From Hydrolagus colliei (taxonomy: Eukaryota), in the NCBI GenBank assembly GCA_035084275.1, contig CM068743.1:52204001-52268000 (forward strand): a stretch of 64,000 nucleotides of DNA, given 5' to 3'. Positions 23,513 to 37,114 of the stretch are shown here, piece by piece. The position numbers were made by a program, and so were the translations under genes. Within the stretch, counting starts at the first letter, position 1. Each line of letters starts with the position of its first letter. The notes below the pieces were generated by a model. That model ran no database searches, was not told the DNA's origin, and saw only the letters and a program-made list of their open reading frames with translations.

Positions 23513-24584
23513 AATCCCACCTACCTCAGGTGAAATTAGAGGAATGGACCTAGATTGAACTCCAATCATGATTTGGTGTGATAAACCAAAACAAATTGTG
23601 GAATTTAGCATATATTTTAACAACATACATTTTATTCTCACCAATTCCATTACTTTTTAAGTACTTCACTGGTAGAGAAATGCACGGAATTTCTAGCCAC
23701 AGATGCTGGCTTGTTAGAGCTGGGCCTAAATGAACATGCAGCAATGTGGACTCTTGCCAACAACTGTTAGTGTATTTTCTGAACTAAAACATATTCCCAT
23801 AAACTCAGGTTAATATTACCACACACAGCATGCTTCTGACAGAAATTCTTATTTACACCCCCTGAAAAAAAAAGTAGTGATAAGAGAGACTGTAACCTTG
23901 TTGTAAGTCATCACCCCAGAGGGAACTAAACCTGTCATGGAAAATGTTGCTTTTGTTTATTAAGCTGCAGGTACAGCACGCTGACTGGCTGCAACACCTG
24001 CTCCTAATTGTGCCAAGGAATTCGTCACGTTGCACTCGCTCCTGTATGAATAACTCTTCCCCCTCGGGGTGCCATGTGTGCTGGCAGTGAGCGAGTTGGC
24101 ACATTATAGTTACGCTACTGTGGCATTATATAAAGGAGAATAGATATTTGTACACTTTTGCCCCAGCATTAAGAGTCTATTGAGCTAGAGGAGACACACC
24201 TGGCAAAAGCCTGCAGGAACCCAGGGAAAATTTAGGGGATGCATTCAATACCTCAAATCTGCAAGTCCAAGGCTTTCCCCCTCCCTCTTGCCCTCAGCAT
24301 CCAAACCTGTCCCAGAAAGTGCTCTGAGACATTACTCTATGTGTGTCAGTGCTCATAAGTGAGACAGCATCAGGAAAGAAGTGCATAATTAATGACTATT
24401 TTACTCATAAAATACCCTGAGCACATTAAGGCGACCTCATTCATTGTTAGCACATCAGCGCAGGTGTGCTAGCGTGCTGACAATGAGTGCATTATTACCT
24501 GTGATGTGCCGACTCATTGATTGACAGGTGTGTTGACAACGAATCAGTTAGCACATTATGGTTATTAATGCAGTGTAAGGTAGA

Positions 24585-24933
24585 GCTCCCAAGTCAAGCT
24601 CAAAAAGGACAGAAAGCTCCTGTGAACCAGAAGGGAAAAGCTCCCTTGATTTTAATTTTCAGTATGAAAATAGACGGTGAAAGTAGGGCCTCACGATTCT
24701 GTTGGGTTTGGGAATTGTAAGCAGGAGATGTCAGGGATAACCGGCTTGTGGCAGCTATAGCATTGTCATGTACTGATCCTTCAACACTGGCTCTTGCAAT
24801 CATTGCAGAACTGAAGGAGGATTGTCTCACCCACTAATAGGGAATGTGAGCTGGGGTTTGACCATTATAAGTCAGGTTGGTCTTACATTCCACCGATGAT
24901 GTGTTGTTGCAATCGTAATTCTGAACCAGAGGA
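24585..24933 (+). pseudogene. Decayed 28S (LSU) rRNA fragment, domain V 3' part to the sarcin-ricin loop
   Basis: Collinear matches to conserved eukaryotic LSU stretches: ggacagaaa.ctcc.gtg.a.cagaaggg.aaagctc.cttgat, gtgaaag..gggcctcacgat, gggataac.ggcttgtggc, cacccactaatagggaa.gtgagctgg, gatgatgtgttgttgc. Contains many substitutions and deletions. Confidence 0.9.
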
Positions 24934-25029
24934 TCCAATACTATGTTTACACTGTGGATCTGCTGAATGTTTTTATATACCATTAAACATTTCTCCTCAT
25001 TTGAGGTAAAAAGCAAGATATTCCAGTTG

Positions 25030-25577
25030 TCTCTGACCCAAAAGCCACTGAAAACTTGGTCCATGCCTTTGTCACCTCTCGGCCGGACTATTGGAACGCC
25101 CTCCTTGCCAGTCTCCCCTCCACCACAATCCACAAAATCCAGCTAATTCAAAACTTTGCGCCCGCATAATCACCCACTCCAAGCTGTCCCTGAGAGGATC
25201 GACTTCAAGATCCTCACCCTTCTTTTCAAGTCCCTCCACTCCCCTGCACCCCACTACCTCTCTGATCTCCTCTCTCCCCAAACCAGCACCCGCTGCCTTC
25301 GCTCAACCAGGTCTGGCCTCCTCCATGTTCCCCGAATCCCCTGCTCCACCCTCAGCAGCCGTGCCTTCAGCCAATATGCCTCAAGGCTCTGGAACTCCCT
25401 TCCTCATTCCGATCGCCTCGCCCCCTCTCTTTCCAGTTTCAGGTGACAGCGCCTTGTCCACCTTTGGTCACCTTTCTATCCCTGCCCCTGGCTCGGTCCC
25501 GGGATCCGCTACTGTGAAATGCTCTGAGACACCGTCCAGCATGGAGGGCGCTATATAAATTGAAGTTGTTGTTGTTG
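25030..25577 (+). mobile_element. L2 3' fragment (subfamily B)
   Basis: LVHAFVTSR.DY, ERIDFKILTLLFKSLHSPAPHYLSDLL...SRAFSQYASRLWNSLP; tail ggagggcgctatataaattgaagttgttgttg. Confidence 0.92.
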
Positions 25578-27789
25578 CAGCAGTAGCCATGTGTGCTAGT
25601 TATAGGAGAGTCCCATTATCAGCACACAACATCAAAATCATTGCCCTTAGCAACAAAAGGAGTATCAATTTTGTTGGTGGTGTTCCTTTGAATAATCAAA
25701 AAATAGATTTAAAAGGGAGGTTAGAGAAAAGTCTTTACACAGAGGATTGTGGTATCCTCAATCCAATTAGTGAATTGTAAAACTCTCTGCTGCAAAGCAT
25801 TGATGAAACAGTTCAAGGCTGTAGTCTCATTGTTCAAGTTCCCCACATCACCTTGCAAATCTGCTATTGTCATTGGTGTAACATGGTAGGTGCCCAGTAA
25901 TTATTTATTCTTGAAGGATAAGTGGGCAGAATATTACTAGCACATAGTGAGCAGAGGAAGACATCCCAGCAACTGCGGAAAATGCTGGTGAGAGTGGTTA
26001 CCAGCTTGAGCCTGCTCTCTCTCTTGAGCCTGCTCTTATTGTTAATATGCACAAGCCAGGTGATCCTGGCTTGTACATATTTACAATAATAAAGATTTGA
26101 CCTATAAAACAACAACAAAATTACATTTGTATAACACCTTTCACATCGGGAGGGAGTCCCAAGGTGCTCAAAATATACAGAATTAATATCAAAATATTAC
26201 TATTAATATAATATACAAATATAATTTGTTATATGATAATTATCACCGGTGGTAGGTATTGCATCACATACCCCATTGTATTGCTCTATAATTACACAAA
26301 GTTGTCTAAGCCTAAATTATAGCCTGAAAAACATTCTCAGTTGCTGTAACATTTACTTTATTGCTGTACGTCTGAATGGTTCAAAATAGCTGCTTTGAAA
26401 TCTATATTTTAACAATAAAAGAGCTAGAGATAATTGCAATAATTGAAGCAAATCTGACTCCATTACAATGTTGGTAAAGATATATGTTGGTGATGTTAAA
26501 ACTTTGGACATTGTATTTCTAGCTGGAGGCTTTATAATTTCTGAAGGATTGCAGGTTAATATTGTTAATTTGTCCCAGTCCTAATAACACACACTTTCCT
26601 TCACTTTTAGCCATGGAGTCCCTTTCTATTGACCAAATCAGCATTGATTGCATGAACGAACATATGTCTCCCTTCAGCTAAAATGAGAGACTGTCTTAGG
26701 TTACAGGCCTCAGAATTCTGTATATATGTGGAGAGCATTGTAGCTCCTATTATGAAATCAATCTGAACTTTACTTTGAGCACGCAACAGGAAACTAATCT
26801 GTGTTTGGGATGACATTTGCGACAACACTGAACTAGTTCACTGATTGCTTCCAGCAAAGCTTGTTTGATCATCGTCATCCAAAGTCTCCTTAAAAATAAC
26901 CTGAAAACACAGGGCTGACAGCTGTTTGCATGAGAAGCGAAGCGTCTCCAAGTAAACAAGGAGAATTTCAGAAGGTGTTTCTTGAACCCATGCCAGAGAC
27001 TGAGTGCTATGTGGCTCCAAGCAGACTACATTAATCTAGGAATCGTGAATTCTAGCATTACAAAGTGCTGAGGCAAATATAACCAAAGAGATTTAGTCGG
27101 TATTTTTTGTGGATCAGATGCATTCTTAGCAACTTTGTAAACTTGGGGATTAAGGATATAAATAAAAAATTAGGGATGATTTTAAATAAACAAGACATAT
27201 TAATACTTTTCATGGAGATTCTTTGCATTTGATGTTATTGTTATTGAAAATATTGGAAAGAAATATAATTGAACAATTATATGCATGTGCCCTCGGTCAG
27301 TTTTAGATCAATGAGGTGAACCCTGAAATTGGGATCATATCGTTACTGAATCCTTCACCGTTTCAAGGTCAATAAAATGAATAGATAACTCTCAATATTT
27401 TACCTGATTTCCTCGGATTGAGGGTACCTTAGTTAAGATGAACAGGCTCTGTGGATAGACTCTGGAAATCATAGCAAGGCTGAGGTAATCATAGTTTGCG
27501 GAGAACATGTTGTTTACCAGGCAGATTTACGGCTGGAGTCACATTCTCAAACCAATGCCCTGACAAATAGGGTGGTCTTACATGGAAAATTACCCTGCTG
27601 CAAGGTTACCATGAGAGCCAAACAATGTGTTGGTTGGGCTTGGGGCTGTGCTGGAGTCTTTCTTGGAGCATATGAACCGTGGAAACACCAGAGTGTTTCT
27701 TGGCAAGAAAAGTCAGCTTGATCTGCAGTGGGGCAGTTTGCCATTCAACCCCAGTGTTTCAGTTTGGGTATAGGGGTGACACAATTTAG

Positions 27790-28147
27790 GCACGGCTTTC
27801 TGATCCTGATAAATTGGGGACTTTGAGCCCCTAGTCTAAACTGACACTTCAATGCAGTGCTATGGAGTGCTGCATTGCAGGAGTGCTGTCTTTCAAATGA
27901 AAGTCTGCCTGTTTAGGTAAACATTCAAGGTAGTCTGGCACTATCGAATAAGAAAAGAGATTTTCTGCCAATCATCTAGCCAGTGGTCCCCACTTGCAAA
28001 ATTGTTCACTCAATTGTTCACTTGTGGGAAATTGCTGTGCTCAAATTGGATGCTGTGTTCGTCTACAAATTTGGGCACTACATTTCCCAGAAAATTCTGT
28101 AAAGTGCTTTGAGATATTTTAATATTACAAAGCAAGGATTATTATTA
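27790..28147 (+). mobile_element. Ancient Deu-domain SINE, nearly complete
   Basis: ctgacacttcaatgcagtgctatggagtgctgcattg..gtgctgtctttcaaatga...ggcactatcgaataagaa...gtgggaaattgctgtgctcaaattgg follows the DeuSINE order. Confidence 0.75.
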
Positions 28148-28504
28148 TGTTAGGTGACCTTAGTGCTACGAAACTTCAGGCAAGATTATGCAGAGATTGA
28201 TACATTTACTGATCTCAGTAGTATGAGTTTAAATGGGATTTTTTTAATCACATTGTAATGATAAGGAATAATCATATTGGGATTCAAATAAGAATCCATA
28301 TGTGAACATTTACCAGAGTTAGGTATGCGTCATTTTGTTAATGCACATCGAATGCCATGGAATGTACATCATATGTACACTAAATATTGGTCATTCACTT
28401 CATTGCTGTTTGTAGGACATTGCTACGTGCAAATGGGCTGCTGCATTTCCCCACAAATAGTCACTGCGCTTTACAATATATCCTGTGAAATGCTTTGAAT
28501 GGCC

Positions 28505-29062
28505 TTTTGGCAGCTGTACCAAGTGTAAGACTATTCCAATGCTTTCCTCACCGGTCTCTCCTCTATCACCATTCATGAAATCTAGGTTATCCAAAATTCT
28601 GCCGCAATCTCACTTGTACCAAACTTCGCTACCTGATTACTCCTCGCCAGACTTCACTGGCTCCCTGTCTCAGAGAGGATAGATTTCAAGATCCACACTC
28701 TTGTTTTCAAATCCCTCTACTCCTCTGCACCCACCTAGCTCTCTGACCTCCTCTCTCCTCACAACAACACCCCCTGCGTTCGCTCTACTGGATCTGGCCT
28801 CCTCGTCCTTCGAATCCTCCTTTCCACCGTCAGCGGCTGTGCCTTTAGCCACTACACCCGGAAGCTCTGGAACTCCTTCCTCACCCCCTCTTTTCCTATT
28901 TTCAGGTCATGGCTAAAGACCTTTCTTTTCGACCGCGCTTTTGGTCATCTTTTTCCCCCTCCCACTGGCTCGGCCCTGGGATCTGCTATTGTGAAGTGCT
29001 CTGTGACGCCATCTGGCATGGAGGGTGTTATATAAATCCAAGTTGTAGTTGTTGTTGTTGTT
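28505..29062 (+). mobile_element. L2 3' fragment (subfamily B), followed by an orphan subfamily-A tail at 29063-29140
   Basis: ctcctcgccagacttcactggctccctgtc (LARLHWLPV), gaggatagatttcaagatc, (GTT)n tail. Confidence 0.9.
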
Positions 29063-30559
29063 ACCAGCGCCTTGGGACGTCCTCCCGACGTGAAAGGCGC
29101 TTTATAAGTGTAATTTGTTGTTGTTGTTGTTATTATTGTTATTACTTGTACTTGGTAAATTACTTAATTGAAAAATATATAAAGTTTAGCATTAGTCCTA
29201 TCAACATCAAAAACTGTTGATGACCTATAAACATTATTTTGATAAACAGTAGTGAAGTTGGCTCCTGAGGGCTCTCTGAGGATAGATAATCCTCCCCTTT
29301 CTACATCCTTCTTGCCTCAAAGATCAATTTCAACCTCTTTACTAGCTGACAATGCTGAAGAATGATAGCCAAAATGGCTCATCTACTTTTCAATATCTCA
29401 TCTACAATTAGACCCACTTCCTTTCAGCTATGGAAAGAAAAGCAATGATATAGGATTTAAAGATTATCTATGTGCTACAAAAGGTGGGACAGAATGGACT
29501 GAACTACAAAATGGACTGAACGGCCTCCTTCTTTGTTCTTAAACAGTATCCTCATATTTGGTTTCCTTTTTTCCAACTTCTATCTTTGACTAATTTTACA
29601 TTGGTGAGAGATGTTACTCCTGAGAAATTGAATACTGTTCCTTTTCAGGCTTTGATTGTCAGAATTGAGCTCTCTTAGTTTAGATGCAGGTAAACGTTCC
29701 CTCTGCTCTGTATCCAACAATATGCCCAAGCTCCAATCACAGAAGAGCATCTTCTATACCAGCTGACATCTGTCCATCTCTCACACCAGCCATCCTTTGG
29801 GGCCTTTGAGTGAGATGTCCAATGACAGCTTTGCGCATTCATCTGAACAGCCAGTGCTGGATTTGAATGAATGAATGAAGGCCTTCAAGGGGAAAAGCCA
29901 ATGTGCTGAATACAACAATCACTTCCTCCCTCCATTTCATTATCTCTTTTTTCTGATTCAATATCTTATGCTAGACCGTTGAAACAGTTTTCACAACTGT
30001 AATCTTAATAATTTACAGTCAGTAGTAAATTATTGCCTAGGAATGCAGGCAATATACTAAGTGATAAATACTCTATATTTGCAAACATTTACTATCAAAA
30101 GTGGCTGAGCATCTTTGCATATGATGATTCACCCCCCACTTTCTGTGATTCCCTCCCACACTGTGCCTTTATTCTGCAACTGTGGGATGGAGTCACTCAG
30201 AACCTTGGTGAATCTCTGACTGTAAGTGGTGCTGGGCAGACTGGGCCAGCTTCACACAGATCTATGGTGATGATGGTGGGTGGGGTGTGTGTCTAGTACT
30301 GTACAGTATTGAGTTATAATTGCAATCAGATGCATCCCATAAACACTTCTGCATGATTCACTTAATAGGCCACAAGGGAATACAGAACAGAGGGATGCAA
30401 TTAACTGGAACATTTTGTAACCAAAGTAAATAACTAACCAGTTCTTAGAAAAAAGAACAGATGTTCAGATTTCCAGTCAATACTGTAAACATTACAATTA
30501 CACACATATAAAATACATCAGGTAAATTGTGACTATATCTGGTACGCCGTTGTTGATTA

Positions 30560-30868
30560 AGGAGTCCTGTAGCTCAGTGGTTAGAGCACTTGCCTTACAA
30601 GCATGAGACCTGTTTTCGAATCTAGGCAGGTCAGGGAGAAACCTTGGGCAAGTTTCCTTACGCCACACTCCTAATAAGAATCCCTCAAAAAAATTGGTTA
30701 TTTCAATCCACGACTGTTTGTGGGACACTGCTGTGTGCAATTGGCTGCTGTGTTTCACCCACAAATATATAGTCAATTCAATTTACAGTATATTCTATGA
30801 AGCACTTTGAGACATCTAGAAGATGTGAAAAGCGCTATATCAAAATGCAAGGATTATTATTTATTATT
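30560..30868 (+). mobile_element. tRNA-derived SINE, full length (short variant)
   Basis: ggagtcctgtagctcagtggttagagcac...tatatcaaaatgcaaggattattatt. Confidence 0.92.
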
Positions 30869-31149
30869 ATACTATAAGGGCCAGGGTGTACTTTGCGACT
30901 TCACAACTGATGCATATGCAATCGGACTCTGTTATGTGTGACACATCCATATAGATCCATATATCAGACTCCGTGTAAATCGGGTTACGTTATAGAATAA
31001 CTGTCATTTAAGGACATTGATTTTTTTTTGCTGATGTTTCTGAACTGCTCTGCAGGCATGTGTGCAGGAAGCCAGTCACCACTCTCACCAGCATTTTCAG
31101 CAGTTACTGGCAGTTCTCCTTCCTCTACTCACTATGTGCTAGAAGCATG

Positions 31150-31405
31150 TTATTTCATCTCCAGGGCCTGCTTCAGGTCCGCCACACTTCTTGTCCCACC
31201 ATTGATGGTCGAACATTCAACATCTCTGCCCTCACACTCTGGAACTCTATCCTGCAATCCTTCCCCCTCACACCCTGTCTTGTCTCCTTCAATTCCTGTC
31301 TAAAGATCTTCCTCTTCAATTGTGTGTTCGGCCACACTCTCACCCCCACCTTCCTGGCCTTCCAGTGTTCTGGTACGTCTTACAGGTGTAATTTGTTGTT
31401 GTTGT
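31150..31405 (+). mobile_element. Old L2 3' fragment
   Basis: CPTIDGRTFNISALTLWNSILQS..SFNSCLKIFLFN and a (GTT)n tail. Confidence 0.8.
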
Positions 31406-31899
31406 GATTTACAAGCACTGGGATGGAAACCAAGCAAATGAGCCAAGGGAAGGGTAAAGTCACAATAAATGATTTAAAAAGGTGGGATTTAAACCCAGAA
31501 AGAGAGGGAGGGTGTTCCAGAGGTTAGGGGCATGTAACCGTGCTACAGGACACTATGATACAAATACATAACATAGCAAATCTATTAATGTAACATTGCT
31601 TTTTTTACACATTCACGGATGATATTTCTCCATGGTTCTACTCCCTATTCCTTGCTGAGGGAAGTTTTAAAATGGGGATTTGAGATGTTTCCATGATTTT
31701 CCAGTTTGAATGTTGGATTTAAGAACAGTAATCACTCCTGCCTGAAGTAGGGGAGGCCAGAAAAATCCTGAGTAATGTCCCCAAAGGGGTTAGGATTTCT
31801 GTGGCAGAGCCAATAGAAACAGAGTAAATACAATGTAAAAGTAAAATACTGTTTCTGTTGACTATGGCAATGGAATCCTAATCCTTTTCAGCTTACTGT

Positions 31900-32000
31900 C
31901 TTTATCTATCTCTCTCTCTTTCCCCCCTCTCTCTGCCTCTTGCAGATTTACTCTCTCTATGACTTTCTCTAAGTCTATGTGTACTTCTATCTCTTTCTCT
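31900..32000. repeat. Degenerate (CT)n pyrimidine tract
   Basis: tctttatctatctctctctcttttccccctctctctgcctct. Confidence 0.7.
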
Positions 32001-34619
32001 GACTAACCCTTTTCTATACAATAATGGTAACACCTTCACAATAATGGGGGGTGGAGGGTGGGAAACACATCTGGTCATGTCAAAGTTATTTTCTGGATCC
32101 TTGGAATGAGATGTTGAATTTGCCAGTCTGAGAATGCTTTGTGTGCGAGCAACTGCTTCTCACTGGTACTTGCTGACATTTGGACAGCAGTAGAGAGAGG
32201 CTGTTTCTTGCTGAAGTCACAAAATGCAGCCTGCCTCAAATAGGTGGAAATGTGCTTAATTACAAAAAAATCAGCATGGTCTGCAGGCACAATAAAACAA
32301 ACACAATTGATGGAAATTTGAAGAGATTAGCAGCAAGTTATTATCCCCTTGGGTCAGAATAAGCAGCAAAACCAGAGTCTTGAAGGGGCCCAATTTGAGT
32401 GTTCACAAAGGACAGATATATCAGTGCAGAGAAATGGATCATATTCTTGCCATTTCAACACCAAACATTCGCAGGTCATGAGTAGTACAGCCCAGATGCA
32501 GAGCAAAGGACTCTTTATACTGTTCCAATAATGCGGTTTGCCCCAAACTTAGCTGAGCACCCACATAGTAGCATTGTCAGTTTTCATTTCCACCACACAT
32601 TATCCTTATGGTCTATCTGCACCAAACTGCCAATTTAGCGGCAATTAGAGTTAAATTATAGGCAATTTTATATTATCCTCTTATTCTGACCAACACTGCT
32701 TTGAAACTGCCTCATTTCACTTGTGATTGTTATGATCTTATACGAGCGGAGACTTCCATCCTGTCAGTCCAAGCTGGATTCACCAGTGGTGAAAAGACAA
32801 TCCCAACCAATTGCATTACTGTCCCCTACATTATCTTTACAAACCACAACCTATCCTGCATCTGGAGCAGGAGTGATCAGTCTTCATTATGTGTTATATT
32901 TTGCAGATGCTTGGTTATTGCAAAGTTAAGATAATTATTTCAAGACATTTTGTTCAGAGGTGATGAAAGGGACAATAATAATGATCCTTGCATTTTGTTA
33001 TAATGCTTTTTCATGTCTTCTAGACGTCTTAAAGCTTGGCTATTCAACAAAGTCAGTTCACTTAAACATGCATGAAAAAATGGGATTGACAGCATTTTAT
33101 GGGATTCACAACATTTTATGGGGCATAGATTTGTTTAAAACAAATACATAATAATATATTAAGAATAAAATGAATACAATATGTATTTAAAACATGTTAG
33201 TTAGATCATTAAAATCTTTCATAATAGTTTACTTTTTTTTACCTTTCAGAGGGAACTGACACTAGGTTACTTTTTCTTTGAAGATTTTAACAGATTGATT
33301 GCATTACTCAAGCAAAAAGATATGGTGTGTAAGACAGTGGTTTGTCATGTCACAGCATCACTGCCAACTCTATTGTGGTGCAAGAGCCTTTCAAGTATCT
33401 TAACCTGAAGGAGCAATGCTCTCAAAGCAACAAGCTGACCTTACATCTAGGGCACAATGTACCACGACTTTCCTTCAGATCATACTTAAAGTTGCCAGCA
33501 ATACGTTTTTAACAAACCACTAGATTGTACCTGTGACTAAAGCACTTAACTTGTCACATAGGATGCTGACAAATAACTGCAGCTCACAGAGAATTGTGGG
33601 GAGGTAATTGAAGAGAGCAGTTTCTGCCATATCACGGTGGAACAGTTCTCGATATCCACAGAACCGCACAATGGAACGTACTGCTTAAAACCCAATGTCA
33701 GACATTGCATATTCTTTCTTGCATCTAATCTGTACATTATTTTCAAGAACATTAGCTGTTGCATAAAAATATGTGAGATGGTAGACGGGCTGAGGGCACC
33801 AGAGGTGAGGTAGCATGGCATAGCTAAAGGAGGGAATAGCGATGAATAAATGAAAGAAATAAAGAGTCAATTTTGTGATGACTTTCAGCTTCAGTGTCTT
33901 TACCACAGCATAGTGTTAATAGGAAATAATACAGGGAACCTCAGTGAATGTATGAGACATTGTCTTAAAAGTTGCATGAAAAAAATCCTTGCATTTAATA
34001 ATAATAATCCTTGCGTTTGATATAGCACCTTTCATTTCTTGTAGAGGTCTCAAAGCGGTTCACAGAATATACTATAATATCACCTCTTTGGACTTCTCAA
34101 AATGCTTCACAGGATTTACTGGATTGACTATATGTTTTGTGGGGGTGAAACTTGATGGCTCACTGCTGAAGTCACTTCCTGTGTTTTGCACACATTCAGG
34201 CTATGTGCAGGAAACAATGCTGACCTCACTTGCTGTGTACTGCACATAATAATCCTTGAATTTGATATAGCGCTTTTTCACGACTTCTAGACGTCTCAAA
34301 GTGCTTCACAAAATATACTGGTATGCTGAAATTGGCTTTTACAACTCTAAGCCAATTGTTCCACTGTCTGGTGAATGCTAATGTTTTGTTCTGGGTTCAG
34401 TTTTTCAATCCCATTTAAACTGTTATTCACCTCTGTAAGGTCCCCTCAGATACGTTAAAACTGAAGAGCTCTAGTTAATTACAGGACAGTGCTTTGAGGC
34501 ACTGACATAAAATACAAAATTATAACATTAATTTTGCAGGAGATGTCAATGGATTTCTTAACAAAGCAGTGGATATTTTTGTCCTTTTATAAATTTAGTT
34601 TTCCCAATATTCATTCCAC

Positions 34620-35015
34620 TGGCACGTACCTCTCTCCTCTTGTCCTGGCTGGGACGTGGTTCCACAGATGCTGGTTGACTTCAGTTGAGTATTCGCCCAA
34701 GTAGCTATTTTTCATGTTGGCAGTGAATATGGGCTGGTAGTATTGGCAATGAGTATTGGCAGTCCATTCAGCTTTAGAGGACATCACAGCTGAGCCTGAC
34801 TTCTCTCCAACCGACAACCACACACCTGCCCCAAAATAGAGGGTGCGGAATTGGACTAGGCACAGAAATTCTGACTGGTTTCCCCTCCCCTTACTCTGGT
34901 AGGCCAACTTAGCCATCCCTTAACAACCCTCCGGCCAGCAAACCTGGCACGGACTGGGATTCAAAGCAACAAATCTGATCCATGTGGCACAGCTGTGTTA
35001 ACTACACCAACGCCT
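34620..35015 (-). mobile_element. Ancient SINE-like dispersed repeat (family not named)
   Basis: The pattern ccacagatgctgg..cccaagtagc.att..catg...ggacatcacagctgagcctga...ttcccctccc...gactgggattcaa recalls an old chondrichthyan SINE. Weaker relatives appear at ~70-190 and ~51190-51350. Confidence 0.5.
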
Positions 35016-35233
35016 TGGGTTTCTTCTTCTTAATGTCTCTCAATTAAGAAATCCAAGCGGGACTCATTCCTCTAACTGGAATTGCACTACATATGTCACT
35101 CTGACTCGGGGGAATACCTCTCGAAAAATAAATTAAGTTGGAACAGTCTTCATGCAAATTGGCATCAAGGGCTTCCAGATTTCGTAATTAACAAATACTA
35201 TCAAATTGACTCCATTGCAATAGTGTTGCCATT

Positions 35234-35630
35234 ACAACAACAACAAAATTACATTTCTATAGCGCCTTTCACGTCAGGAGGATGTCCCAAGGTGCTGGAC
35301 AGCCACTACTACAGACTTGAGCTGAGGATGGGGGAGAGGGAAGGGGGGGGATTAGGAATTGCCGTTGGGTCCATCGAAGAGGAGAGTCTTGAGGCGAGGC
35401 TTGGAGGAGGCCAGGGAGGGGGCGAGGTGAAGGGACTGCAGGATGGAGTTCCAGAGGTTGGGGGCAGAGTGGTTGAAGGCTCGCCCGCCAATGGTGGGGC
35501 GGGTAGGTCGGGGAATGTGGAGCAGGCCAGAGCCTGCTGAGCGGAGAGGGCGGGCAGGTTGGTAAGGGGATAGGAGGTCACGAATGTAGGGTGGGGCGAG
35601 GTTGTGGAGGGCATTAAATGTGAGGACCAG
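35234..35630 (-). mobile_element. L2 3' fragment (subfamily A)
   Basis: Homologous to 1570-1970; (CAA)n tail at 35234. Confidence 0.92.
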
Positions 35631-37114
35631 GATCAGGAAGTGTCAAAATGCAACAAGACATCTGAGTATATTCCATTTAAGTATATTCTAGATGTCGGTT
35701 CATTTAACAATGTGAAAGAAGTTGAAAGAAGACAACATTTTTGGCAATTATCTGTTTTTAGATTGACAGGACAGGAAGGTTCAAAAATTCATGATGGAGG
35801 AAAATACAAGTTTACCACCAAACCAACATAAAACCAGTAAAGCAATGGGGGGAACTGATGTTTGAAACCAGCATGAAAGACTCTGGAATAGGAACAAAAT
35901 CTTTGTGAGACATTAGGACGGTGAATGGACCTGTTCCAACAAAGTCATTTCAAAGGAAATACTAAAAAAGATGAAGATTTGATCTGTGATAAAATGTCTA
36001 GTCTGAGAGACTCGCTGTTCATAAAATGTTCACTGTAGTCTCAGATAAAACAGTTTTTAATGCACTCATGACTCAACCATATTAATTGCCAGATGCATCC
36101 TCCAAATCTTCTCTTGATTTTCCCATGGACTTTTCAAAACTGGTCACTGAAATATAAATATACATGTTTATAAAACAAAACCCTATGTACTGCAGGCTTG
36201 GTATCCAATAAACATCTGTTTTTATTTAGTTTCAAAGTAACATATCCCCCTGTGTATACAGTAATCACAACGCTGGCCTCCAATTTGTAAAAGTATTACA
36301 GTATATATCCATTTTCTGCTTCATAAAATCAATGCATAATGTGTTTGAGATTTTCACATGAAATTAATGTTCAGAAAATGACACCTGAATCTAGAATAGG
36401 AGGAGATCATTCAGCCCATCGAGTCAGTTATGTTAGTTTATTAAGTTTATTAGATCATGGAATATCTTTCAGCAATTTAATATTTGCTGGTGCACAGAAG
36501 TGGATGGTGTGGGGTGGGTGGGGTCTGTGGGAGTAGTTAAAAGTCTACAAACTCATTTGACAGATTCAGGTAATATCACAAGCTGTACAAAAGGTTCACA
36601 ACAGGAGAGGAATGGTCTTTCAGGTCCTTCCAACACACCATGTGCAGATTACACTGAGGGGTGTAGTGTTCACCCCCTCACATAATCTCCAGAGGGAGGT
36701 GAATAATCTTTGTAAAGATCCTAAAAAAGTTTAAACAGTAAAATTTCTCCCTTTGTCCCCAAGGTAATCAGCTCCAAACTGTAGGATATCCATCTAATAC
36801 CATTATTTACATTATTCAGCTCTGACCGGTTGCATTCCACAGATGACATTCCCATAGTCAAGACTGAAACCACAGGATTCTTATATTATTAACTCTCTCC
36901 ATGTCTATCTTCATCTTGATTATTACTTTCTGTCTTGTTCTAAATAACCAAATATTCATTCAATTTCATTTAAAAGGATTAATCAACACTGCTTTGGCTG
37001 CTTTAAAGGAAACCCGTTCCACATACCTGAAATCTTTCATCTCCCTTGAGGCTTCCCGATTTTATCCTTATGTCCTTCATTTTTAACCTTGTATTCATTT
37101 AATATTGTTGTTTC

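Noticed and set aside
24585-24933. Functional rRNA gene
   Set aside because: Short, with deletions and substitutions in universally conserved positions and no flanking rDNA.
29649-29689. cttttcag|...|gtaaac exon candidate
   Set aside because: Stops in all three frames.
30560-30640. tRNA-like heads with apparent anticodons TGC, CAC, TAC or CGC in different copies
   Set aside because: All continue into the same SINE body and lack an acceptor stem. The anticodon variation is explained by CpG decay of a CGC consensus, so these are not tRNA genes.
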